A stretch of 64,000 bases of DNA from Octopus sinensis. Taxonomy: Eukaryota. This document shows, in pieces, positions 53,068 to 64,000 of this stretch. The notes below the pieces were generated by a model. It was not told where the DNA came from and made no database searches. It worked only from the letters and a program-made list of their open reading frames with translations. Both the position numbers and the translations under genes were made by a program. Numbering within the stretch: position 1 is the stretch's first letter; the number at the start of each line of letters is the position of its first letter. The DNA is taken from assembly GCF_006345805.1 (NCBI RefSeq), contig NC_043001.1, forward strand, positions 112,902,001-112,966,000. The letters run 5' to 3'.

Positions 53068-53219
53068 TTGAGATTGTGTGATAATGTTGTTGAATGTCAG
53101 GTGTGTGTTGTTTGTCTGTTGGGATTTGAGTTTGAACTTTCGTCTCTCACTTTGTGAATATGCTAAGAGAATGAGAAAAGTGAGGAAAAGAATGTGGGAT
53201 ATAATCAGAGAGAGAGAGA

Positions 53220-53258
<39 letters not shown>

Positions 53259-53671
53259 TGAAATAAAGAAACTGAAAGAAAAAATATTTGACAAAATAGC
53301 AATGTATAATATCTATAAGCAAAAATATTGAAAATAGTGGTGTACATACATTCATATAAACAAGGTCTATGCCAGCGAAAGAAACCATTAACAAATGAAT
53401 ATGTATGTAATATTGCATGTTTCATAATTTTTATGTCCATTTTGACAGTATTCTATGGTTGGATACTTTTCCTGTTGCCAACTCTTGTTTTTCAAGTATG
53501 GTTCTCTTATTCTGCTGGTCTTTCACATCATGTTCAAAACTGCTCAACTGCAGGATGTAGTTTTTGCAGGTGACATAAACACATTACTGTCACACAAACA
53601 GTGATATGCAGAAATAAACATTTTTGCATGCTTATATGCACACAGATGCGCGCATGCACGCGCTTGTGTGT

Positions 53672-53850
53672 GTGAGGGACTTCTGCAAAGTTCCTGGCTT
53701 ACAGGGTTTTGCAAAAGACCTGGTTGACAGCTCAACCTTCCACGCTTTTTTAACAAGGCTTAGAAAAGCTGAAGGACCACTGCAATAACTGTGTGAATTG
53801 GAGAGGGGAATACGTTGAATAAAATCATAATTAACTGATCTTCCTGTATA
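53672..53850 (+). mobile_element. Second copy of the mariner-derived element
   Basis: QGLEKLKDHCNNCVNWRGEYVE*, with downstream ATCATAATTAACTGATC shared with 26876-27092. Confidence 0.75.
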
Positions 53851-54087
53851 TATAACTTCTCCATGTTTTGTATGTAAAACCCAGCATTTGTGACAGACTT
53901 TATATAAGTAAGAAACAGAAACTGGACAGGCTCTGAAAACCAGTATTGGACAAAAATAGGAAGCATTGACCAAAGGAGAAGCAAGTGACTGAATTACATC
54001 TGATATAAAAATGGTCATCAAATATCTTTATGGTCAGAATTTTCTACTTGTGGGAACTAAAGGTGGTAGATAATCCTTTGCCTAGAT

Positions 54088-54513
54088 CAGGGGTTCTCAA
54101 CCATTTTTTTTTATCTATGACCCTTTTGATTGCTATTTTATTCTGATGGACGCCCATAACCAATATATATATATACATTGATAGAAAGAAAGACCCTTTA
54201 ACATCAACACTGCATCTCAGAACTGCATCATGTAAATGTGCACTCATACACAGATTAAAGTAACAAGTTTGGAGTATAAAGTGATTGCGCAAAGTTGAAA
54301 AATGATATTTTTATAATTAAAAATTAGGAATTGTATAGAAAATTGGCTCTTCAGACCTTAGTCAAACTGTCCAACCCATGCCAGCATAGAAAACGGATGT
54401 TAGACAATGATGACAATTTTGTGTATTGTAGAAGTATAACCAAACACAAACTTTAACAACACAATCTTATGTGGGTCTCCAAGGGCCATATGGACCCTGG
54501 TTGAGAATCGCTG
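54088..54513 (-). mobile_element. hAT MITE with perfect 8-bp TSD, containing a family C 3' fragment
   Basis: CAGGGGTTCTCAACC / GGTTGAGAATCGCTG. GCCTAGAT at 54080-54087 and 54514-54521. Confidence 0.88.
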
Positions 54514-54754
54514 GCCTAGATTAACAGCTCTACCATCTGGCATTTTGGGTGTCTTTAGCAAGTGCTCTTTGTTGCAAGTGTTCAAGGGAAGTCTTTGGTT
54601 GAGTACAGCAAAACCAATCGGTCTCAAGCAGGCTGCAGCAAGACAACTGCAAAGCTTTGTATCTGTTTACCTGCTTAGCTCATCATTTCCTCTCATCTTA
54701 ATCAGAACATAGTTGAGGTATGACAGTCACCTTGAGTGTGTCAATTCCCACAAT

Positions 54755-54955
54755 CATCATCATCATTGTTCGACCGTGGTCGAGACAATGGAATTTACCA
54801 TGCTACGCCAGACTTCACGGTCCATCATGGCATTACGGAGGTCCTGTTGCTGGATGCCTGTATCACTGGAGATTACATCAGGGTAGGAGAGTGTGCGCCC
54901 TCTGGTATTGCGAGCAGATGGCTTCCAGAGGAGTAAGAGTAGAAATTACTTCTTT
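54755..54955 (-). mobile_element. 5'-truncated RTE LINE, same family as 59974-60409, with 10-bp TSD
   Basis: Nearly identical to 60208-60409 in reverse. TTCCCACAAT at 54745-54754 and 54956-54965. Confidence 0.92.
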
Positions 54956-55879
54956 TTCCCACAATGCCTAGGCATATGTTTGAGTATCTGTGCCTTGCAG
55001 CACAGATACTCAAACATGACTGGTGCCAAACTGTGAGTGCATCTGCATATTATTCCACTGCTTAGTCACTCTATTACTTGAAGAGTTGCATACACTTTGA
55101 GAAATAATTCTATACTCCTCATGATTCGTTAAAAGTCAGTTCCTATGTGTGCTGAGCATTTGCTGTGTTCTAATCACAAAGATGGGTCCAATCTCTGCCA
55201 GCATAGAGAATGGACATTAAAGGATGCTGATGATGATCCCAAGATGTCATTATGGTAGACCGTTATAAATTCCACAACTATACTGAGGTATGTGTCAATT
55301 TTCCTAACCACTGCTTTACCTCCATGGTGAATTTGTTATTCACTTCAATGATTCTTTGTAGCTTTATACTTAAATACATACATGAACATATGTGATACAG
55401 CCGTATATAAATGTAACACATTTCCATCTACATTGATTAACATAATTTTGGACAGATTGTATAGGGAAATGTTTTCTATAAATATGGAAATCTGTGTGTT
55501 TGTGACCAGGTCTTTGTTTAGTTATATGGGTGCGCTTTAAGTTATGCATACGGTTGAATAAATGTATGAATGACTTGACTTTTGCCATAACCTTTAGAGG
55601 TGATTAAGTGTAGTTCTCTTTGAAGTTCTATCTATTACTGGTACAAATGAGCTGAACTCATTTTACCACTTCACTGCCAGGTCAGATGATCATAGCACCT
55701 GGCTAGTACTTAGACAGTTAATCCTCACAGTACCTAACCAACCTCAACATTGCTTTACTCTGTTAAACTCATAGGAGTGTTTCATGATGGTCCATTGACT
55801 ATAATCAGCAGTCTTTGAATAAATTTCATTATGAAGACAGTTGATATTGCCAACAACAACATCAGCAATCGCAATAATT

Positions 55880-56293
55880 TACTTACTTACTTTTTACTTT
55901 TTTACTTGTTTCAGTCAGTTGACTGCGGCCATGCTGGAGCACCGCCTTTAGTCGAGCAAATCGACCCCGGGACTTATTCTTTGTAAGCCCAGTACTTATT
56001 CTATCGGTCTCTTTTTGCCGAACCTTTAAATGACGGGGACGTAAACACACCAGCATCGGTTGTCAAGCAATGCTAGGGGGACAAACACACACACACAACA
56101 CACACATACATATACATATATACATATATACGACAGGCTTCTTTCAGTTTCCGTCTACCAAATCCACTCACAAGGCATTGGTCAGCCCGGGGCTATAGCA
56201 GAAGACACTTGCCCAAGATGCCACGCAGTGGGACTGAACCCGGAACCATGTGGTTGGTTAGCAAGCTACTTACCACACAGCCACTCCTGCTCC
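55880..56293 (-). mobile_element. SINE-A, full length
   Basis: Same structure as the other young copies. Confidence 0.92.
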
Positions 56294-57148
56294 TATGCCT
56301 CTGTCACTAATAAATATTGTATGGTGAGGGAAAACTCGCTGACGTCCACATACCTGTCTGGAAAGGTAAAAAAAAAGCATCTGTACTGATTGAACTAGCT
56401 ATAACACAGTATCAGCTCATTGAAAGTTTGTAATTAGCCCTGGGGAATTAGTTTAGTTGATTAAAATAATACCAGTTCTTATTTTATTTTTCAACACTGG
56501 AAGCTTTAAAGACCTTGGTGAGATTTGAACACAGTTGCTGGGATCCGTAACTAACTATCACATGATGATGATTATAATTCCTTCTTTTATAATTATTTAT
56601 TTATTATAATAATAGCTGTTCATATTATTACTATCATCATCATCATTAGTAGCATTTTATTTGGACAAAGATATTTTTCTTCAGAACCTCTTACAAATAT
56701 TTATACATTTCCAAAACCTATTCACTATAAGGTAGCTGAACCTCCCTACTATGCTTATATGAGAAATCTGACATGACTTTGAAGGATTATGGAAATTTAT
56801 GGTAATTTGTGACTGGTAAATTAGCATTAATAACATTTTTTTTTCTTTTCATAGATATTGCTGTAGAGAAAGTTCATCTTTACGTCTTAAGAGTTAAGAG
56901 TTGAACTGGAGATAGGTACTAGATTTAAAAATTTGGGCATTTATATTTCCATTACAATAGGGTGAAAGAAGTTCTGTACTGAATAAGCACTAAGAAAAAG
57001 ATTGAATACGAATGCTTCAATGGAACATTGTCGAGATTGCTTTTTAATTTGTTCCTGAGATGGATTCTAAGTACATTTTACTGTCATTGTGTGTATGTGC
57101 ATATGCATATTCTTACCTGTATGCATGTCATTGCATGTGTATATTTAT

Positions 57149-57182
<34 letters not shown>

Positions 57183-57184
<2 letters not shown>

Positions 57185-57330
57185 CATCATCATCATCATC
57201 ATTTAGCGTCCGTTTTCCATGCTAGCATGGGTTGGACGGTTCAACTGGGGTCTGTGAAGCTGGAAGGCTTCATCAGGCCCAGTCAGATCTGGCAGTGTTT
57301 CTACGGCTGGATGCCCTTCCTAACGCCAAC
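57183..57330 (-). mobile_element. Family C 3' fragment
   Basis: (CAT)n tail to CCTAACGCCAAC, then abrupt (TA)n. Confidence 0.85.
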
Positions 57331-57433
57331 ATATATATATACATATATATATATACATATATATATACATATATTATATATATGTATATATATACATATA
57401 TATATATACATATATATATACATATATATATAC

Positions 57434-57477
<44 letters not shown>

Positions 57478-57704
57478 TGAGAACTAGAACATAAAGTGAA
57501 AACTTCTTAATGATACAAATACATAGGGGTGGTCTATAAGCAAGTAAATGTCTTCTTTGGTATTATTTGGTTGACTAACTCCTTGTGGAGTTGATATGGT
57601 TTGACAAAATTCACAAAACTTCCTAAAAGTGATACTCCTGCTAGACCACAGTTCAATGATTGAAAACAGTAAATGAATTTAAAAATTTATTTTGCAATAG
57701 GTAT

Positions 57705-57860
57705 ACACATAGCTGTGTGGTCAGAGGCTTGCTTCCCAACCACATAGTTTCAGGTTCAATCTCACTGCATGTGACACCTTGGGTTCTTTTATAACCTCAG
57801 ACTGATCAATGCCTTGTGAATGGATTTGGTAGACAGAAACTGAAAGAAGCCCATTGCATA

Positions 57861-57904
<44 letters not shown>

Positions 57905-58075
57905 TTTGTGTTTGTGTTTGTCCCTCATCACTGCTTGACAGCCAGTGTTGGTGTGTTTACATCCCTGTAGCTTAGTGGTTCAGTAAAGCGACCGATAGAA
58001 TAAGTACTTGACTTAAAGAATAAATCTTGGGGGTTGATTCATTCGACTAAAAACTCTTCAAGGCGGTGCTTCAGC
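57705..58075 (+). mobile_element. SINE-A-related older copy with internal (TG)n
   Basis: GGATTTGGTAGACAGAAACTGAAAGAAGCCC and CCGATAGAATAAGTAC motifs. Confidence 0.8.
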
Positions 58076-59199
58076 TAACAACCCTTTTTTCACTGTAACC
58101 AATATATTCTTGCAAACTTTGAGTATCATCATCATCATCATCATCATCATTATTATTCATTTTTACATTTATATGATAAGAAATATATTTCTTATCACTT
58201 TATGGCTTCTTAATACTGTTTGTTGTTGCTTAACCCTGACCAACTGTGATCAAGCATACCTACAATCAAAAGTATTCGAGACATGACTATTTTCATCTTT
58301 TCCTTCTAATCCAAACATTTAAGCTCAATACTTCCACTGGCTCAATACTTCCACTAGCTAAACAGCCATCATATATCATGCTAGTATGCGTTGGTCAGTA
58401 TTCCATAAAGTGCTGTCTGTTAGGTAATGTTTCTGTTATTGGTATTAAGCTCTTTTTCTGTCTCTTTCTTCTTCTGCTACAAGATGTACCTTTGTTCCTC
58501 AGAAGTTGCTATGTTGGCACACCACATGATAAAGTCACTAATTGTAAATACTATTCATATCCCAATTTATATCACTTTCTACACTTCAAACTACAATTGC
58601 ATTTCTATGTAATCTCATGTCAATTTTTTCAGGTGTGTGTGTTAAGTTCATCCACTAATTGCAAATGTAGGTAAGCTTCAAAAAAATACTATGGGTTCTT
58701 TCTTCCAATGAAAATCAAATGGAAGAAAATTGTAACCAAACTAATTTAATAGGAGTTTTAGAAAGATTGGACTGAACTGCTCAAATAGGTTTGGGATTTT
58801 GCTACAATTGTAGCTTAGCTGTCATATTTTGAGAACCAAGGAAAATAGAAGTAGCATGTTAATTAGGATAAGTGTTTGAGGAACTGCAATCAGTTATATC
58901 TGTGTATTGATTGTTAGTCTCCATAATCTGGATTGGGCAGTAACAAATCAATTTCTTTGGATTACATTTCAGAGATTATAATCTTTTACTTCTTTGGTCA
59001 GGAGTGTTCACGCAGATATTCAGCTGTTTTTTTTTTTTTTTCCAGAAGTCTGTTTTCACTTAAGTTAATGATTTGAGATAGTTGTAGATGGGTGGGCATG
59101 AGAAAACTCAACTACAATGAAACTGACAGTACCAACTACAGCAATACAACTACATTGCATTACTTAATCTTACACCATTTAATTAAATATTCTGATGTT

Positions 59200-59870
59200 G
59201 TATAACACTAGATATCATATGATATCTGGTTTGCTGACTGTATGGATTAATTCCAGCTCAGACAATATCAGTCCAAATATAATACTGTACAGCATGGAGT
59301 CTACCAAACAATGCTGTACCATCCAGTTGAATTTATGTGATATTTGGTGTGCTGAACATATGGGTTAATCCTAGCTCAGACTGACACACTAACTACCAAA
59401 CACTTCGGTACTTTCAGCATGAAGTCTGTCAAACAATATGGGACCACCTAATTCATGTGTTATCTGCTGTGCTGAACAAATGCATTATAATTCTAGCTCA
59501 AAGTGACATACTTGGAAGCACTCCGTCGGTTACGACGATGAGGGTTCCGGTTGATCCGAATCAACGGAACAGCCTGCTCGTGAAATTAACGTGTAAGTGG
59601 CTGAGCACTCCACAGACACGTGTACCCTTCACGTAGTTCTCGGGGATATTCAGCATGACACAGAGAGTGACAAGGCCGGCCCTTTGAAATACAGGTACAA
59701 CAGAAACAGGAAGTAAGAGTGAGAGAAAGTTGTGGTGAAAGAGTACAGCAGGGATCGCCACCATCCCCTGCCGGAGCCTCGTGGTGACATACTAACCTCT
59801 AAACAAAACTGTATAGCATGGAATCTAGCAAATCATGTGTTTACCAGACTTATGCATAGTAAATTTGATA
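59200..59870. repeat. Degenerate ~120-bp tandem repeat interrupted by a SINE-D
   Basis: AATYYYAGCTCA at about 59249, 59367 and 59489. GTGCTGAACA at 59349 and 59469. Confidence 0.7.
59513..59783 (-). mobile_element. 5'-truncated SINE-D with 10-bp TSD
   Basis: GTGACATACT at 59503-59512 and 59784-59793. Confidence 0.93.
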
Positions 59871-59939
59871 TATGATGGCTGTTTAGCTTGTGGAAGTATC
59901 GTTCTTAAATGTTTGAATTAGATACCTCCATGTGACTAG

Positions 59940-60620
59940 AGGGACATGGCTTAGTGGTTAGGGTATTGCATTGAAATCTTCAAAGCCACAGTTGAACCAA
60001 TTCTACTATATGGCTCAGAAACCTGGACGTTATCAAAGAAGCTTGAGAGGCGGTTGGATGGAACCTACACTTGCCTCCTTATGAGGGCTCAAAATCTCTC
60101 GTGGAAGCGCCATCCAACCAAAATGCAAATATATGGGAAACTACCACCTGTGTCATCTCTTGTGAAAGGTAGAAGAGTCCAGTTTGCTGGACATTGTTGT
60201 AGAGCTGAAAAAGAAGTAATTTCTACTCTTCTCCTCTGGAAGCCATCTACTCGCAATACCAGAGGGTGCACACTCTCCTACCCTGATGTAATCTCCAGGG
60301 ATACAGGCATCCAGCAACAGGACCTCCGTAATGCCATGATGGACCGTGAAGTCTGGCGTAGCATGGTAAATTCCATTGTCTCGACCACGGTCGAACAATG
60401 ATGATGATGATTGCATTGTAAGTTTGTGGTTTTGATTCTTGGCCCAGTGATTGATGCATTGTGTTCTTGAGCAAAACACATCATTTCATGTTGCTCCAAT
60501 TCACTCAGATGGCCAAAACGAGTAATCCTGAAATAGACAGGTATCCCATCCAGGAGGGAAGTATATACACTGCATAATCCGGTAAACTGGCCTTATGAGC
60601 CTATGGTCCAGAAAGGATCT
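59940..60620 (+). mobile_element. Old tRNA-derived SINE-E split by an RTE insertion
   Basis: TGGCTTAGTGGTTAGGG head before 59974. GTGTTCTTGAGCAAAACAC and ATCCCATCCAGGAGG follow 60418. A related minus-strand remnant lies at about 23250-23400. Confidence 0.65.
59974..60409 (+). mobile_element. 5'-truncated RTE LINE with open ORF C-terminus and 9-bp TSD
   Basis: Stop-free IFKATVEPILLYGSETWTLSKKLERRLDG...VQFAGHC...DREVWRSMVNSIVSTTVEQ* ending at 60401, then (TGA)n. ATTGCATTG at 59965-59973 and 60410-60418. Confidence 0.93.
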
Positions 60621-60678
60621 CTTGATCCTTTTGATAGGTTTACTGCTAGGATAGCTACCTACGTCTATATAGGAAAAC

Positions 60679-60899
60679 ATTAGGCTGAAGGTTTTTACTG
60701 GAGATCTGACTGATGTTACACAAGCACATTAGGGGTCCTGTATGTGGTTGTTCAGCTTGTTCGAAACAGCAGCCAAACCTCTCTTAAATTAGGCTGAAGG
60801 TTTTTACTGGAGATCTGACTGATGTTACACAAGCACATTAGGGGTCTTGTATATGGTTGTTCAGCTTGTTAGAAACAGCAGCCAAACCTCTCTTAAATT
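60679..60899. repeat. 109-bp tandem duplication
   Basis: ATTAGGCTGAAGG at 60679 and 60788, with about 3 differences. Confidence 0.92.
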
Positions 60900-61779
60900 A
60901 TCCCCTACTATGTTGAAAAAATAGAAAGGATACATTTGATAGTGTGGTCTTGGGTTCCCTGCACATAAGGAAAAGATGAAAATAGTCTGAAAATAGTCAT
61001 GTCTTGAATGCTTTTGATTGTAGGTATGCTTGATCACAGTTGGTCAAGGTTAAGCAACAACAAACAATATTAAGAAGCCGTAAAGTGATAAGAAATATAT
61101 TTACTTCATAACTTTTGATGTTTAGAAAAAAATAAAGGAAAAAACTTCCAAAAGAATGCAGAATTCTTGATATCATTTTTTACTTGAAATACCTCCTCAT
61201 TTACAAAAGTGTAAACAGGTTTCAGAATTGGTCTGTATTGCTATTCTTATAAAGGAAGCCCTCCCACTTCTTTCTCTGTTTCTTCTCATCTCCGCATAGA
61301 ATACAGTTCAACATTTCCTTCAGTACACACACATCGTTACTCTGATAAAATTCTCAAAACATATTTCATTTTGTTTTTCTCGTGTTTCATTTTTTTTTTG
61401 CCTTCTTTTTTTTTCTTTCTTCTATCTCTGATTCTGTCTATACTTTCTTTTTTCTCTTTCTTCCACTTAGTACTTTTCCTCTTTCTCTTTTTCCTTATTT
61501 CGATTTTTTATTTTTTTTTTTTATCATCATCTCAATTTGATTATTTGGTGACTGAAAAATACAGAAAAAAAAAAAAAAGAATTCAAAAGAGAACACGTAC
61601 AAATACAGATAGAACAACAAGAAGCACAAGAATTATTTTTGTTTAAATAGTTACTCTTAATACTTTTGACATTGAGGTATATTTATTTCTGCCTTCATTT
61701 TATTAGCTTCTATTTTATCAAATTATAGCTTTATCTTTCTACATTCCATTTATTGTGTACATATCTATTTGTCTGTCTG

Positions 61780-61845
<66 letters not shown>

Positions 61846-62057
61846 CTGTGTAGATGCATGTAGATGTACACACAGGTTTGCATGCACATTACATTAACAT
61901 GTTCTTAAAAGTGTACAAATACGTTTACACTCACAATACACTAAAAGGCATGTATCTTATATATGTATGTGTGTGGTGTATAATATATATACATATGATG
62001 TAGTGTGTGTGTGTGTGTGTGTGTGTGTATTATATAGTGTGTATGTATATGTATGTG

Positions 62058-62089
<32 letters not shown>

Positions 62090-62090
62090 G

Positions 62091-62143
<53 letters not shown>

Positions 62144-62342
62144 GTATATATATATGTATATATATGTATATATATATGTATATATATGTGTAATATCTTA
62201 TATGTATATATATATGTGTGATATATATGTGTATATATATATATGTATATATATATATGTGTATATATATATGTGTATATATATATATGTGTATAATATA
62301 TATATATATATTATATATAATATATTTATATATACATATATT

Positions 62343-62400
<58 letters not shown>

Positions 62401-62475
62401 GTATATATATATATATATATATAATATATAATATATATATATATATATACATATATTATATATATATGTATATAT

Positions 62476-62515
<40 letters not shown>

Positions 62516-62550
62516 CATATATATATACATATATATATATATATGTATAA

Positions 62551-62586
<36 letters not shown>

Positions 62587-63045
62587 TATATATATATATA
62601 TATTATATATATATAATATATATATATGTGTATATATATATGTATGTATATATAACTATGTCTGCATGCGTGCATTTCATTTTACCAATAATTTACGTAT
62701 TGATTTAACATAGGCTCAAAGATTTTGTGTGCGTGTGTCAGTGTGTCTCAGTGTGCATGTATGCATGATTGTAAGGCATCAATCAGTGTGCTGTATCGTA
62801 AAACAAATGTAAATACTAGTAATGTGGAAGAGTCTATGCACATGTGTGTATTGTATATGTAATAGGTTTGTTTGTGTACGGATGTTATGTAGATCTTTCC
62901 ACACAAAATTACTTATACACTATAAGTAATTTATTCATGTCATTTTCTGGTTATAGGATTTAAGTAAGTATTTAAGCAAATAAATGTCCATATTTCATTT
63001 TATACATACATACACATATACATACATATATATATATATATATAT

Positions 63046-63240
63046 ATGTGCCGGTGGTATGTAAAAATCACCCACTACACTCACGGAGTGGTTGGCGTTA
63101 AGAAGGGCATCCAGCTGTAGAAACACTGCCAAATCAGACTAGAGCCTGGTGCAGCCTCCATGGCTTCCAGACCCCGGTCGGACCGTCCAACCCATGCTAG
63201 CATGGAAAATAGATGTTAAATGATGATGATGATGATGATA
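63046..63240 (+). mobile_element. Family C retroposon, truncated inside the array, adjoining (TA)n
   Basis: GTGCCGGTGG...CACCCACTACACTC core and (GAT)n tail. Confidence 0.9.
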
Positions 63241-63306
63241 GACATACATATATGTACAAACATATATATATATATATATGTATGTAGATATATATATGTG
63301 TGTGTG

Positions 63307-63357
<51 letters not shown>

Positions 63358-64000
63358 TATACATGCCTACTTCCTATTTACTAATTTCACCTAGATATTT
63401 TCAAATTTATTTAATTGCTCTGTCTTTACTATTTTACTTCCCTGTCTTGAAATATTCCTATATAAAAAATCAAAAAATAAAATAAAAAACCTATCCATAT
63501 CCTACCTGTCTTATGCTTGAAACTGGCCAGATTAGGCCTCATACCTACTCTACAATGCCATTCCAAAAGAATATACAATCACATTATCCAAATCTCAAAG
63601 CTACAAGATAATATACATGATCCATTCAAAACAGTGTGAATCAATAAGTATTGAATTTGACATAGTTATCTGAGTGTCAAAAGGGTTAAAGCCACCTAAG
63701 AATACTTGCTGTTGTTGTGTAGCTTCAAGTTGGTCCTGATCGGGTAAATCTGTGGTGTATAAGTAGTTAGTTGACCAAATGACTAGCTGCCACCCACAGA
63801 TCCCTGCTGTTAATTTCATGGAGATTTCTACATACAGTTGTTAATGGCTTGATGTTCTGTGTCACAATATTATAAGCAGTAGAATTGTAAAGCAGTGTGT
63901 GTGTGCATGCATGTATGTGTATGTATGCATATATATATATGTTTGTTAAGTTAATTTTTTGGCGCAAAAAGCAAAAAGCAAGGCCATGTAGGGGGACATG

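Noticed and set aside
58633-58670. 38-bp candidate micro-exon (TTCAG...GTAAG)
   Set aside because: The phase-2 frame required after the known exon hits TAA immediately, and there is no homology support.
1-64000. Prokaryotic operon, prophage or defence system
   Set aside because: No long ORFs or gene-dense segments. The only compositionally foreign tract is the 230-bp foldback reported above.

Overview
This is AT-rich, microsatellite-dense animal DNA; the repeat families suggest an octopus or other coleoid cephalopod (inference). Only one host coding exon is supported: 23701-23930 (+), from a PDZRN3/PDZRN4 (LNX3/4, fly Slip1)-like gene. I read the rest of the window as two very long introns. 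These contain at least four tRNA-derived SINE families, an (ATG)n-tailed non-autonomous retroposon with an internal ~62-bp tandem array, 5'-truncated RTE LINEs, hAT and Tc1/mariner derivatives, two Helitrons nested in one hAT element, and (TA)n-embedded modules with hammerhead-ribozyme-like motifs (probably Penelope-like termini). The most anomalous items are (i) a ~230-bp, ~60% GC, CpG-rich rod-like foldback at 29648-29879 and (ii) a spacer-less 200-bp palindrome at 27770-27969 carrying a type I hammerhead fold on each strand. I found no rRNA, genuine tRNA gene or CRISPR array. Family names SINE-A, B, D, E and family C are my own labels. All alignments were done by eye, so the ends of diverged repeats are approximate.
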